This document shows, piece after piece, positions 56,047 through 64,000 of a stretch of DNA of 64,000 nt (its first letter is position 1; every line of letters starts with the position of its first letter). The DNA is from an uncultured Gammaproteobacteria bacterium (lineage in GTDB: Bacteria; Patescibacteriota; Microgenomatia; Levybacterales; GWA1-39-11). A program made the position numbers and the translations under genes. Where the stretch lies: the NCBI GenBank assembly GCA_964425075.1, contig CAYRKM010000001.1, positions 523,060 to 587,059 of the forward strand, read 5' to 3'. The notes below the pieces were generated by a model. That model was not told the origin of the DNA, ran no database searches, and saw nothing but the letters and a program-made list of their open reading frames with translations.

Positions 56047-56913
56047 ATGCACATACAAACAGTCGCAAAATATATAAGACGCTCACCTTACCAGTCAATT
56101 GCTGCATCGTTAATAATGTCTTTGACCTTTTTAACAATTTCTGTTTTTTCAATTTTGACAATTATTTCTATTCGTGTAATTGATTATTTTGAATCACGTC
56201 CTCAGCTTTCTGTTTTTTTTGCAGATACTGCTGAAAGGAGCGATATCGAAGCTGTACGTCAACAACTTGAGGCAACTGGAAAAACTGAGAGTATCAAATT
56301 TGTGTCAAAAGAAGAGGCGTTAGCAATTTACAAAGAGCAAAACAAAGAAGACCCCTTGCTTTTGGATTTGGTAACTGCTGATATATTACCAGCCTCACTT
56401 GATGTACAAGCAAAAGACGCAACAGAACTATCGACTCTTGCGCAAATTGCTCGTGGCTCACAGATGGTTGATGAAGTAGTTTTTCAGAAAGACATAGTTG
56501 ATACGTTGGTTAGATTTACGAATGGACTGCGACAAATTGGAATAGTGATAATTGGTGTCTTAGTTCTTGTTTCGGTTTTTGTGATACTTACAATTATTGG
56601 TATTAAAATTACGGTAAGACGTGAAGAAATTGAAATAATGAAGCTAATTGGTGCGTCAAATTGGTTTATCAGGACGCCATTTGTCCTTGAGGGAATATTT
56701 TATGGGGCCATTGGTGCAATTATTGGCTGGAGTGTTACGTATGGAGTTTTGCATTTCTATGCAACTCCAAAGATAAATTCATTTTTTGGCAATGTGCCTG
56801 TTCTGCCAATAGAGCCTATTCTTATGCTTGAAGTAGCAGGAGTTCTTTTCCTATCTGCAATTCTTCTGGGTGCATTTTCAAGTTTCCTGGCAGTTCTTCG
56901 TTACCTAAAGTAA
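56047..56913 (+). CDS. ftsX: Cell-division permease FtsX
   Basis: 288 aa. N-terminal TM, large extracytoplasmic domain, three C-terminal TM helices. Follows ftsE. Confidence 0.85.
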   Translation: MHIQTVAKYIRRSPYQSIAASLIMSLTFLTISVFSILTIISIRVIDYFESRPQLSVFFADTAERSDIEAVRQQLEATGKTESIKFVSKEEALAIYKEQNKEDPLLLDLVTADILPASLDVQAKDATELSTLAQIARGSQMVDEVVFQKDIVDTLVRFTNGLRQIGIVIIGVLVLVSVFVILTIIGIKITVRREEIEIMKLIGASNWFIRTPFVLEGIFYGAIGAIIGWSVTYGVLHFYATPKINSFFGNVPVLPIEPILMLEVAGVLFLSAILLGAFSSFLAVLRYLK

Positions 56914-56950
56914 TTGGAAAGTATGAATTATTGGCTTTATCCATAGTATT

Positions 56951-58180
56951 ATGAATATCATGCGTCACGCTTTATTAAAAGTATTTGTGATTGTAGTTTT
57001 GTGCTTTGTTTTTGCTTTGGGTAATTCTGCTTTTAGCCAAACCGCAACTCCTACTCCTACCCCAACTCCATCAACGGAAGCAAAAGAGAACGAGCTTGAA
57101 GGAAAGATAAAAGAATTGCAAGGTAAAATCAACGAACTTCAGGGTGAGGCAAAATCATTATCATCGCAAATAAAAATAGTTGATAGTCAGGTTTCACTTA
57201 CTGAACTTAAAATTGAAGCAGCACAAGAGAAAATAAAGAATATAAAAGAAGATATTTCCATAACGAAAGATAAGATTTCTGGACTAGAAGTTGATATAGA
57301 TAAAACTACACAGGCTTTGATGGGTAGGATTTCTGCAGTATATGAGGTGGGAAGTGTTGATCCTTGGCAAGTACTTTTAACTGCTAATAATTTAGACAAT
57401 TTTTTTACGCGCTTAAAATATCTAAAAATAGTCCAGCTTTATGATAAGAAAAATGTATTTGCAGCAGAGCAGGCAAAGGTAAATTACGAAAACCAGCAGA
57501 ATATATTGGTTGAAAAACAGCAAGAAGAGGAAGCTCTCAATGATGAGCTGGAAGCCTTTAATTCACAGCTTGAGAAGGAAAAACAAGAAAAACAAAAGCT
57601 CCTTGATGTTACAAAAAATTCAGAAAAAGAATACCAGAGACAGCTTGCCGCAGCCCTACGAGAGTTACAACAAATTCAAAAAGCGGCAATTGTTTTGGCT
57701 GCAACTGAACCAAAAGATGTGACTCGGGGAGAGCCAATTGGGCTAATGGGAAGTACTGGATTTTCAAGTGGCCCTCATTTGCATTTTGGGCTTTATAATA
57801 TCTCCTCTCTTTCTTCCTACAATTATTATTCAAATCACGAAAATCCTCTCAATGCCTTAGAGCCACAGTCTGTGAATTGGATATCGGGGTGTAGTGGTGA
57901 TCCTTCTGGTCAGACCACAAGTGGAAGCGGAGGTTTTGCGTGGCCAATGTCGACAAGCAGTCTGAGGATAACCCAGAATTATGGACTTACATGTTACGCA
58001 TGGATGTATAAGGGTAACCCCCATCCAGCATTGGATATTGTAAACAATTCAAATATTGTAGTCACCGCAGCGGAAGCAGGTCATGCTTATTTTTGTAAAA
58101 ATTGTACGGGCGACGGGGCAAATGGAGTATTCATTTTTCACTCAAATGGTAAGATGACATTGTATTGGCATTTGCAGTAA
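56951..58180 (+). CDS. Secreted coiled-coil M23 (LytM-type) metallopeptidase, EnvC/PcsB-like partner of FtsEX; the M23 domain segments appear in permuted order
   Basis: 409 aa. Signal peptide, TATPTPTPTPS linker, long coiled-coil, GEPIGLMGSTGFSSGPHLHFGLY (M23 C-terminal H-x-H segment). Then FAWPM...NPHPALDIV (HxxxD) ...GDGANGVFIFHSNGKMTLYWHLQ (M23 N-terminal half) at the very C-terminus. Confidence 0.8.
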   Translation: MNIMRHALLKVFVIVVLCFVFALGNSAFSQTATPTPTPTPSTEAKENELEGKIKELQGKINELQGEAKSLSSQIKIVDSQVSLTELKIEAAQEKIKNIKEDISITKDKISGLEVDIDKTTQALMGRISAVYEVGSVDPWQVLLTANNLDNFFTRLKYLKIVQLYDKKNVFAAEQAKVNYENQQNILVEKQQEEEALNDELEAFNSQLEKEKQEKQKLLDVTKNSEKEYQRQLAAALRELQQIQKAAIVLAATEPKDVTRGEPIGLMGSTGFSSGPHLHFGLYNISSLSSYNYYSNHENPLNALEPQSVNWISGCSGDPSGQTTSGSGGFAWPMSTSSLRITQNYGLTCYAWMYKGNPHPALDIVNNSNIVVTAAEAGHAYFCKNCTGDGANGVFIFHSNGKMTLYWHLQ

Positions 58181-58466
58181 AAAATTCCCCAATAATATCT
58201 CATAGTTTGATATCTCTTTCGTATTTTAGTATAATTCCACTTTGCAATTAGAATAAATTCAAGCACAAATGCTGCTTGGTGGAGTTCTTATTGCATCATG
58301 ATGTACCGTATGGTACGTCAGCACTTTGAAATATTGCGGAGATTCATGAAAAAAAACACAGTAGGTGCCGCTTTGAATATTAAACTTAGTATTTGAAGTG
58401 GCATCTATTGTAGGGTGAGTTGGGGCAGACGTCTCGACCACCTTGATTTCCTGGGAGGAAAAGCAC

Positions 58467-58790
58467 ATGTCAGCATCAAATAGGGAGCCATCGATTCGGT
58501 CGTTCCGCGACCTGCTGGTTTCGAGCTGGACAGAGGACAAGTTCGCGTTCGTGATCTACGTGATCTTCTTCTTGGGTCCCGTGGTCACCTTCGCCGGGTC
58601 TCTGGCCTGGTCATGGGTCGGGTATGTGGCGATCCTATGGCTACTAGGTGTAGTCTGGATTTGTGCCACTGCAGTTTACATAGCGCTCGGAGATAACGAG
58701 GAACAAGTCAACCGCAAGTCAGGGGTAAGTTGGTTGCAGGTCGGGTTTGTTGCGATCATCCTGATCGCGATGCTCTACGCCATCAAGTAG
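58467..58790 (+). CDS. Island ORF 1: small 3-TM membrane protein
   Basis: The ORF-track start at 58443 is TTG. ATG at 58467 is preceded by GGGAGGA. Three hydrophobic helices. GC-rich codon usage. Confidence 0.4.
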   Translation: MSASNREPSIRSFRDLLVSSWTEDKFAFVIYVIFFLGPVVTFAGSLAWSWVGYVAILWLLGVVWICATAVYIALGDNEEQVNRKSGVSWLQVGFVAIILIAMLYAIK

Positions 58791-58881
58791 AGTTCCGGGC
58801 AACCGGAACTTGCCAATCAACCCAGTTCGTGGGTCAAGTCTGACTTGACTCACCATTCGCCGAAAGTCAGAAGGGAGCGCC

Positions 58882-59286
58882 ATGTCTGCGCTTGTTGGTT
58901 TCATTCTTCCCTTGTGGGTCGTGCTGAGCATGCTCGGCACGACGCTCGGACTTACACCCGAGCAGACACAGGACAAGAACGTACACATCTCATCTGCCGA
59001 GGGGAAGCCTTACACAGGTTTTTCCTGCGACTGGGAGCTCTTCCCTGACGGCGGCGCGGGCTGGTTTGACGACCAGTGCGGCGGATTGCCGCCTCGGACC
59101 GTCGTGATCTACTGGCGCAACGTTGACCCGGCCGTCTACGGGGATGACTACATCCGCTACGTGCTTCGCCACGAGGTGGAGCACCTGCTTCGCGGACGCG
59201 ACGGTCCATCTGGGGACCTCAACAACGAAACTGCGGCGAAAGCTGCAGGCTGCGCTGCATCACCAGGCTGGTGGTGCGATTGGTGA
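58882..59286 (+). CDS. Island ORF 2: small secreted/anchored protein with an HExxH motif (putative minimal zinc-metallopeptidase-like)
   Basis: 134 aa. N-terminal hydrophobic segment LVGFILPLWVVLSMLGTTLG. YIRYVLRHEVEHLLRG contains H-E-x-x-H. Five Cys. Preceded by a GAAGGGAG SD and a 17-bp palindrome GTCAAGTCTGACTTGAC. Confidence 0.45.
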   Translation: MSALVGFILPLWVVLSMLGTTLGLTPEQTQDKNVHISSAEGKPYTGFSCDWELFPDGGAGWFDDQCGGLPPRTVVIYWRNVDPAVYGDDYIRYVLRHEVEHLLRGRDGPSGDLNNETAAKAAGCAASPGWWCDW

Positions 59287-59353
59287 ACAAACAAGCCAGT
59301 GAGTTGGGGTAGGCGCCCCGATCACCATTCAGCTAGGACTAAGGAGGAACGAG

Positions 59354-59590
59354 ATGGTCTTAACCGAAATGGGTGGAGGCTTTGATGAAAGGCCAAGGAC
59401 GGAGCATGACTCTGATGACGGCGCATCAAGCGACGAGCAGATTCGCGGAGTGGTGATCTACTCCCGAAGCAAGAGGACGTTCATCTTTCGGTCGTCAGGC
59501 CAGCCTGACATCGAAGGACGACGCGGCATCTGGTTCAATGATGATGGTGTGGGGAGGTTCCCCAACGACTTCCCGACCCGTCGATGGTAG
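59354..59590 (+). CDS. Island ORF 3: small hypothetical protein (78 aa)
   Basis: Perfect AAGGAGG SD 6 nt upstream. Acidic and Gly-rich. No homology recognised. Confidence 0.35.
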   Translation: MVLTEMGGGFDERPRTEHDSDDGASSDEQIRGVVIYSRSKRTFIFRSSGQPDIEGRRGIWFNDDGVGRFPNDFPTRRW

Positions 59591-59629
59591 ACTGATCTCC
59601 GCTCCCCGCTCGCGCGGGGCAAAGTGCAT

Positions 59630-59674
59630 GGGGCCTCCTACGCGTTACAACGCTACGGAGGCCCTCGTGCTTTT
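59630..59674 (+). terminator. GC-rich stem-loop (GGGCCTCC...GGAGGCCC) followed by a T-run at the right edge of the island
   Basis: 8-bp perfect stem (59631-59638 / 59657-59664) with a nested CGCGTT/AACGC sub-stem, then TCGTGCTTTT. Confidence 0.4.
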
Positions 59675-59735
59675 AATGACGATATAGTTTGACTTCTTGA
59701 AAATCTCCAGTATCTTTAGTTTAATTATCTAACTT

Positions 59736-59981
59736 ATGACATTGACTAAATCGGACCTTGTCGAAATCACGAAGATAGTAGCTCCTTTAGCTCAAGACAT
59801 ACAGGATGTTAAGAAAGATGTCCAAAATGTAAAAAAAGATGTTTTGGATATAAAAAAAAGGGTTAGGAAGATCGAAAAAAATGTAGATTTGTTGGCTCGT
59901 GTTTCCGATGCAACTGATGTACGGCTTGAAAAAAGAGTGAAGAGAATTGAAAAACACCTCGATTTACCCGCTGATAACTGA
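59736..59981 (+). CDS. Small coiled-coil protein (81 aa) with DVKKDVQNVKKDVLDIKKRV heptad-like repeats
   Basis: ATG start. Low-GC like the host genome. No homology recognised. Confidence 0.35.
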   Translation: MTLTKSDLVEITKIVAPLAQDIQDVKKDVQNVKKDVLDIKKRVRKIEKNVDLLARVSDATDVRLEKRVKRIEKHLDLPADN

Positions 59982-60058
59982 ACTTCATTTTATAAGTTTA
60001 AATTTAGACTTTTTATATCTTGCAAAACGAACAATGAATATGTTTAAGATTAAGAAAC

Positions 60059-60910
60059 TTGAGAAAAAGTTTTGGATTCATTCTTTTATCTATTCTTTTT
60101 CTAGCCTGGACTGGAAGAGTCTATGCTGCGTCAGTTACCTATCTTGAATCTCCCCAAGACTCAGCGTTTACATCAGTGGACGAACTTACATTTCAAATTA
60201 AACTTAGCATCAACGTTTCAAACAACACAAATTATTATCTCAGGGGAGTTTTTTACAAAAAGGACACTAGTAATTATTGTGGCTTCACGTGGAATGGTAG
60301 CGCTTTTTTTAGTGGACCTTATTCCACAAATGAGGGTTGGAAACAATTTCCAAAAGTAACAATTCAGGAAAATAATTGGGAAGGAGAGATAAGGGTAAAA
60401 ATTGATAATAACGATAATGGTTGTAGTGAAAGTGGAGAGTATGGGTTCAAACTTCAGCGTTTTACTGAAAGTGGTTCTGCGACATTTGATACGCAGGATG
60501 AGAAGCTTTTTACTTTCATAATTCCTACACCTACTCCAACTCTATCCCCCACATCAACACCAACGCCGACTTCAAAACCCACAAAATCACCAACCCCTGT
60601 TAAATCTGGGCCAACTGCAACTCCATCAAAATCACCCACATCAACTTCCACAAAATCACTCACTCCTACCTTTTCATCCAATATTTCCCCTACACCAACT
60701 ACTTCTTCTTTCGGAAAGAAGAGCACGGTTTTAGGTTTGAATAACACTCAAGATGAGATACCCACTCCAACAATTACGATAAAAGAGGACGAGAAAAGTT
60801 CTTCTTCAGGCAAGATTATTGTTGTTGCTGGTGGAGTTCTTCTTGCCTTGTCCAGTGGCGCATTGATGTATAAAAAATACAAAAAAGAAAAAGACGAGGA
60901 GCTTTTTTAA
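60059..60910 (+). CDS. Secreted surface protein: signal peptide, ~130-aa N-domain, long Pro/Thr/Ser-rich linker, C-terminal TM anchor with KKYKKEKDEELF tail; TTG start
   Basis: Signal peptide KSFGFILLSILFLAWTGRVYA-AS. PT-rich PTPTPTLSPTSTPTPTSKPTKSPTPV.... C-terminal IIVVAGGVLLALSSGALMY. Confidence 0.5.
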   Translation: MRKSFGFILLSILFLAWTGRVYAASVTYLESPQDSAFTSVDELTFQIKLSINVSNNTNYYLRGVFYKKDTSNYCGFTWNGSAFFSGPYSTNEGWKQFPKVTIQENNWEGEIRVKIDNNDNGCSESGEYGFKLQRFTESGSATFDTQDEKLFTFIIPTPTPTLSPTSTPTPTSKPTKSPTPVKSGPTATPSKSPTSTSTKSLTPTFSSNISPTPTTSSFGKKSTVLGLNNTQDEIPTPTITIKEDEKSSSSGKIIVVAGGVLLALSSGALMYKKYKKEKDEELF

Positions 60911-60941
60911 TGTATTCGTACTAAAATACATATATAGATAA

Positions 60942-61367
60942 ATGAAAATACATACATTAAGTGAGGAAGAAACAATAAAGGTCGGTGAGGAATTTGGTGG
61001 TGATCTTAAGGGTGGGGATATAGTATTGTTGGCAGGTAATTTGGGGGCAGGTAAAACAACTTTTATAAAGGGAGTTGCAAGGGCTCTTAATGTGCCAACT
61101 CGTGTTATTTCTCCAACTTTTGTTATTTCAAGAACACACAAAGCAGATCACAACGCAATCAAGCAAATGTATCATTTAGATTTGTATCGCTTACAAAGCG
61201 AGAGAGAGGTAAAGGACATTGATATAAAAAGCATGGTTGATAATGAATCAGTTATATTGATAGAGTGGCCGGAACTATCATATTCCTCCCTAACCCCTCC
61301 TTATTACAAAGTAGAAATAGAATATGAGGGAGACGGACGAAAAATAGCAATTCATTATGCCCAGTGA
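60942..61367 (+). CDS. tsaE: tRNA threonylcarbamoyladenosine biosynthesis ATPase TsaE (YjeE)
   Basis: 141 aa. LLAGNLGAGKTTFIKGVARAL and SPTFVI motifs. Confidence 0.85.
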   Translation: MKIHTLSEEETIKVGEEFGGDLKGGDIVLLAGNLGAGKTTFIKGVARALNVPTRVISPTFVISRTHKADHNAIKQMYHLDLYRLQSEREVKDIDIKSMVDNESVILIEWPELSYSSLTPPYYKVEIEYEGDGRKIAIHYAQ

Positions 61368-61944
61368 AGAGTCCGTTAAAATCTTAAAAGAGGGTGGGGT
61401 TGTTATATTCCCGACTGATACTGCTGTAGGAATAGGCTGTAGGATAAATGACGAAAAAGCAATAGAAAGAATTTACGAAATACGTCACAGGCCACCAGAA
61501 AAACCACTATTAATTCTAGTTAGCTCTTTTGAAATGGCGGAAGAATACGCTCTTCCACTTTCTGAAAAAATAAAAAAGATTTTGCATAAATATTGGCCAG
61601 GAGGGGTAACTTTTATTTTGCCTGCTAATTCTCAGAAGGTTTTGCCTATTGTTCGTGCTGGTAAGTCAACTATTGCAATCCGATTTCCTCAACACAAAGA
61701 GATTGTTGAAATAATAAAAAAAGTTGGAGTACCAATTGTTGCACCATCCGCAAATTTTTCTGGTGAGAGAACACCGCTAACAATTGAAGAAGTTGATGAA
61801 AATCTTAAAAAAAAGGTTGACTTTGTACTAACTGGTATGTGTACAATGAAAGGCGTTTCGACAATTGTTGATTTAACAACTAATCCCTATCAAATCGTAA
61901 GAGAAGGTGTCGTAACGATAGATGATGAAGACATTGTTTCTTGA
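61357..61944 (+). CDS. tsaC: L-threonylcarbamoyladenylate synthase (YrdC/Sua5 domain)
   Basis: 195 aa. GGVVIFPTDTAVGIGC, YrdC fold. Overlaps tsaE by 11 nt. Confidence 0.85.
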   Translation: MPSEESVKILKEGGVVIFPTDTAVGIGCRINDEKAIERIYEIRHRPPEKPLLILVSSFEMAEEYALPLSEKIKKILHKYWPGGVTFILPANSQKVLPIVRAGKSTIAIRFPQHKEIVEIIKKVGVPIVAPSANFSGERTPLTIEEVDENLKKKVDFVLTGMCTMKGVSTIVDLTTNPYQIVREGVVTIDDEDIVS

Positions 61945-62239
61945 CACTTCTGACAGTAGCAATATAAATGCAAAACTTGAGATTGATGGGAATGTTTTTG
62001 AGGAGATAAGCACAGCAAAAACCAAACGCCCTGAATCAATTCTTATTTTGGTAGAAAAACTTCTTAAAAAGGCAAACCTAAATTTTTCAGAAATAGATAC
62101 AATAAAAGTAAAAAGAGGCCCCGGTTCTTATACTGGACTTAAAGTAGGAACAAGTATTGCAAATGCTCTTTCGTTTGCATTGCAAAAACAAGTCAACGAC
62201 AAAGACTTAGGTGATTTTGAAGAACCACAATATACTTAA
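61922..62239 (+). CDS. tsaB: Truncated TsaB (YeaZ)-like protein (105 aa, N-terminal half only)
   Basis: LFLDTSDSSNINAKLEIDGNV (TsaB-like N-terminal strand) and GPGSYTGLKVGTSIANALSFAL (TsaB/Kae1 GPGSFTGxRIG motif). Lacks the C-terminal ~120 aa of canonical TsaB. Confidence 0.6.
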   Translation: MMKTLFLDTSDSSNINAKLEIDGNVFEEISTAKTKRPESILILVEKLLKKANLNFSEIDTIKVKRGPGSYTGLKVGTSIANALSFALQKQVNDKDLGDFEEPQYT

Positions 62240-62241
62240 AT

Positions 62242-63189
62242 ATGTTTTCTTATTTACGTCATCTTTTAGTACCTCATCAAAGAAATAATCATAGAGCAAA
62301 AATTCTTCATAACTCCTCTCTTTTTTTTCTAAGCATTTTATTTCTTTTTTCTACAACACTTACTATTCTTGTAAATTCATATCATCCTGAAGTTTTGGGT
62401 GTTTCATATTCAATTTCGGATTCTGAATTACTCAATTTAGTAAATTATGAAAGAGGCCAAAGAGGACTTTCAGCGTTATCATTAAATGGTCAACTATCTC
62501 AAGCAGCTGCAGGGAAAGCATCTCACATGTTCTCTAATAATTATTGGGCACACTTTGCACCGGATGGTACCTCGCCGTGGGGATTTATAAAAGGGGCAGG
62601 ATATAATTATTTGTACGCAGGAGAAAATTTGGCAAAAGGTTTTACGAATTCATCTGATGTTGTTAATGCGTGGATGAATTCACCGACTCATCGTGAAAAT
62701 CTTTTGTCTCCTCAATTTAAAGACGTTGGATTCTCTATTTCTTCAGGAACACTTCAAGGAGAGGAAACCGTGTTAATTGTTCAAATGTTTGGCGCAACAA
62801 CAAATACCGCATTTGCACCACCACAAAGTGTTGAAGCACCAACGGTTCCTGCGCAGGTAAATTCGGTTCCGCAAATAACTATTATCCCCACACCCACTCC
62901 TTTTCCAACGCTTCCAGTTCAGGGAATTGTAGTTGCACAGAACATAACCCCAAAGGGATACATCGAGCCAAGTAGTTACAAATTTAACCCAATTATTGAC
63001 GCAATCTTTGGAACAAAAGTTATTACATTTGGAATATTAGTCTTGATATTAATTGCACTTATAACAGACTTTATGGTAGTCGAGAAAAATAGAATTCCAA
63101 GAATTGTTGGGAACAATATTGATCATATTTTACTTATTTCACTATTTCTTGTATTTATTTTGATATCACGATTAGGTACAGTTATTTAA
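62242..63189 (+). CDS. CAP/SCP/PR1-domain protein (YkwD-like) with Pro/Thr linker and C-terminal TM anchor
   Basis: 315 aa. N-terminal TM, GKASHMFSNNYWAHF...GENLAKGF...WMNSPTHRENLL (CAP motifs). Confidence 0.75.
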   Translation: MFSYLRHLLVPHQRNNHRAKILHNSSLFFLSILFLFSTTLTILVNSYHPEVLGVSYSISDSELLNLVNYERGQRGLSALSLNGQLSQAAAGKASHMFSNNYWAHFAPDGTSPWGFIKGAGYNYLYAGENLAKGFTNSSDVVNAWMNSPTHRENLLSPQFKDVGFSISSGTLQGEETVLIVQMFGATTNTAFAPPQSVEAPTVPAQVNSVPQITIIPTPTPFPTLPVQGIVVAQNITPKGYIEPSSYKFNPIIDAIFGTKVITFGILVLILIALITDFMVVEKNRIPRIVGNNIDHILLISLFLVFILISRLGTVI

Positions 63190-63190
63190 T

Positions 63191-63454
63191 ATGAAAAAAC
63201 ATCCTTCGCACGTTCTTTTTTATATGCTTGAAATAGTAATTATTGTGGGAACTTTTGCAATGATTTTAACAATGGGGTTTTCTATTTGGACGGAATTAAT
63301 CTTTCTTATCAGTATGCTTACCTCATACACTATTCTTGGTATTTTACATCATAGGGTTCATCATGATATAAAAGGAAAGGTTGTGTTAGAATATATTTTA
63401 GTGAGCATATTGATACTCACTTTATATTTGTTTTTAAATATTACTAGAATATGA
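63191..63454 (+). CDS. Small hypothetical membrane protein (2-3 TM)
   Basis: 87 aa, hydrophobic. The stop overlaps the rmlA start (ATGA). Confidence 0.35.
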   Translation: MKKHPSHVLFYMLEIVIIVGTFAMILTMGFSIWTELIFLISMLTSYTILGILHHRVHHDIKGKVVLEYILVSILILTLYLFLNITRI

Positions 63455-64000
63455 AAGGAATGATTTTAGCCGGTGGGCTTGCAACACGTTTAAGACCCCT
63501 GACACTAGTCACCAACAAACATCTTCTTCCTGTTTACAACAAACCAATGATTTATTATCCAATTGAAGCAATGCAAAAGGCTGGGATTGATGAGGTATTG
63601 CTTACAACGTCGCCCGGGCATGCTGGTCAATTTGCGAATCTTCTTGAGTCAGGCAAAGAGTTTGAAATGAGAATTTACTATGGTGTTCAGGATAATCCTA
63701 AAGGAGGGATTGCAGATGCTATTATGCTTGCAAAAGACTTTGCGAAGGGAGACAAGTTGTTAGTAATACTTGGAGACAATATTTTTAATTTTGATATCAA
63801 GTCGGCAGTTGATAAATTTTCTCAAAAAGAACAGGGAGCAATGGTTTTTGGGGTTAGTATGCCAACAGAGTCTAGACAATATGGTGTCATAGAGACTGAT
63901 CATGAAGGTCGAGTGATATCTATTGAAGAAAAGCCAGAGCATCCAAAATCCGACATAGCCCAAACCGGAATTTACATGTATGACGAAAGAGTTTTTTCTT
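63451..64000 (+). CDS. rmlA: Glucose-1-phosphate thymidylyltransferase (RmlA), 5' portion; continues beyond the window
   Basis: Manual translation from ATG 63451: MKGMILAGGLATRLRPLTLVTNKHLLPVYNKPMIYYPIEAM...ILGDNIF matches the RmlA N-terminus (GGxGTRL, sugar-nucleotide binding). Confidence 0.85.
   Translation, partial: MKGMILAGGLATRLRPLTLVTNKHLLPVYNKPMIYYPIEAMQKAGIDEVLLTTSPGHAGQFANLLESGKEFEMRIYYGVQDNPKGGIADAIMLAKDFAKGDKLLVILGDNIFNFDIKSAVDKFSQKEQGAMVFGVSMPTESRQYGVIETDHEGRVISIEEKPEHPKSDIAQTGIYMYDERVFS

Larger units (their letters stand above)
58420..59690. other. ~1.25 kb GC-rich (~60% vs ~36% flanks) island with three small SD-led ORFs and GC-rich hairpins: probable horizontally acquired DNA or an assembly chimera
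   Basis: Abrupt compositional shift. All three plus-strand ORFs have AAGGAGG/GGGAGG Shine-Dalgarno sequences 4-8 nt upstream, unlike most native genes here. GC stem-loops at 58791-58808, 58834-58850, 59604-59619 and 59631-59664. Confidence 0.6.

Noticed and set aside
58719-59209. Several overlapping minus-strand ORFs (64-89 aa) and one plus-strand ORF inside the GC island, plus a 93-aa minus-strand ORF at 58259-58540
   Set aside because: High GC suppresses stop codons, so long spurious ORFs are expected. These lack SD sequences and overlap the three SD-led plus-strand ORFs, and their Arg/Pro-rich translations are typical of antisense GC-rich DNA.
58181-60058. Prophage or integrative element interpretation of the island region
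   Set aside because: No integrase, transposase, tRNA attachment site or direct repeats at the borders were found. Only a compositional anomaly and small ORFs, so it is reported as an island of uncertain origin.
60454-60747. 97-aa minus-strand ORF rich in Val/Gly/Asp
   Set aside because: Antisense to the Pro/Thr-rich linker of the secreted protein at 60059-60910. A typical artefact of low-complexity coding DNA.
1-64000. CRISPR arrays and cas genes
   Set aside because: No run of regularly spaced direct repeats is visible. The tandem repeats present are short (the 28-nt heptamer array and an 18-mer pair), and no Cas-like protein is encoded.

Overview
This is a low-GC (roughly 35-38% by eye) and densely coding window. 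Its gene content is typical of a reduced-genome, Gram-positive-like bacterium and resembles Candidate Phyla Radiation/Patescibacteria; the taxonomy is inference, since no rRNA is present in the window. Recognisable genes include split transketolase (N- and C-terminal subunits), glycerate kinase, RNase Y, HU, MiaA, and an RNase P RNA that is absent from the ORF track. There is a UvrD-type helicase fused to a RecB-type nuclease, an FNR-like oxidoreductase, RmuC, a TrmH-family methyltransferase, TopA, and the t6A genes TsaD and TsaE-TsaC with a truncated TsaB-like gene. A cell-wall cluster encodes a Mur-ligase-family protein, an alpha/beta hydrolase, a DegT aminotransferase, FemAB and VanW. Other recognisable genes are an orphan ABC substrate-binding protein, GreA, class I LysRS, an ITPase, a type IV pilus locus (major pilin, four pseudopilins including one of 658 aa, PilC, PilB), SerS, SecA, a family-4 UDG, a MazG-like protein, an NRAMP transporter and RF2. 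An FtsE/FtsX/M23-peptidase trio, a CAP-domain protein and a partial RmlA follow. Many ORF-track starts are over-extended through TTG/GTG codons, and corrected starts are given where an obvious ATG and homology allow. The main anomalies are described in the findings: a roughly 1.25 kb GC-rich island at 58.4-59.7 kb that is probably foreign or an assembly artefact; an apparently circularly permuted M23 peptidase domain in the FtsEX-associated peptidase; a 1291-aa orphan protein; and promoter -10 elements only 6-7 nt upstream of ATG codons, suggesting leaderless mRNAs. No CRISPR array, tRNA, transposase or integrase was recognised.
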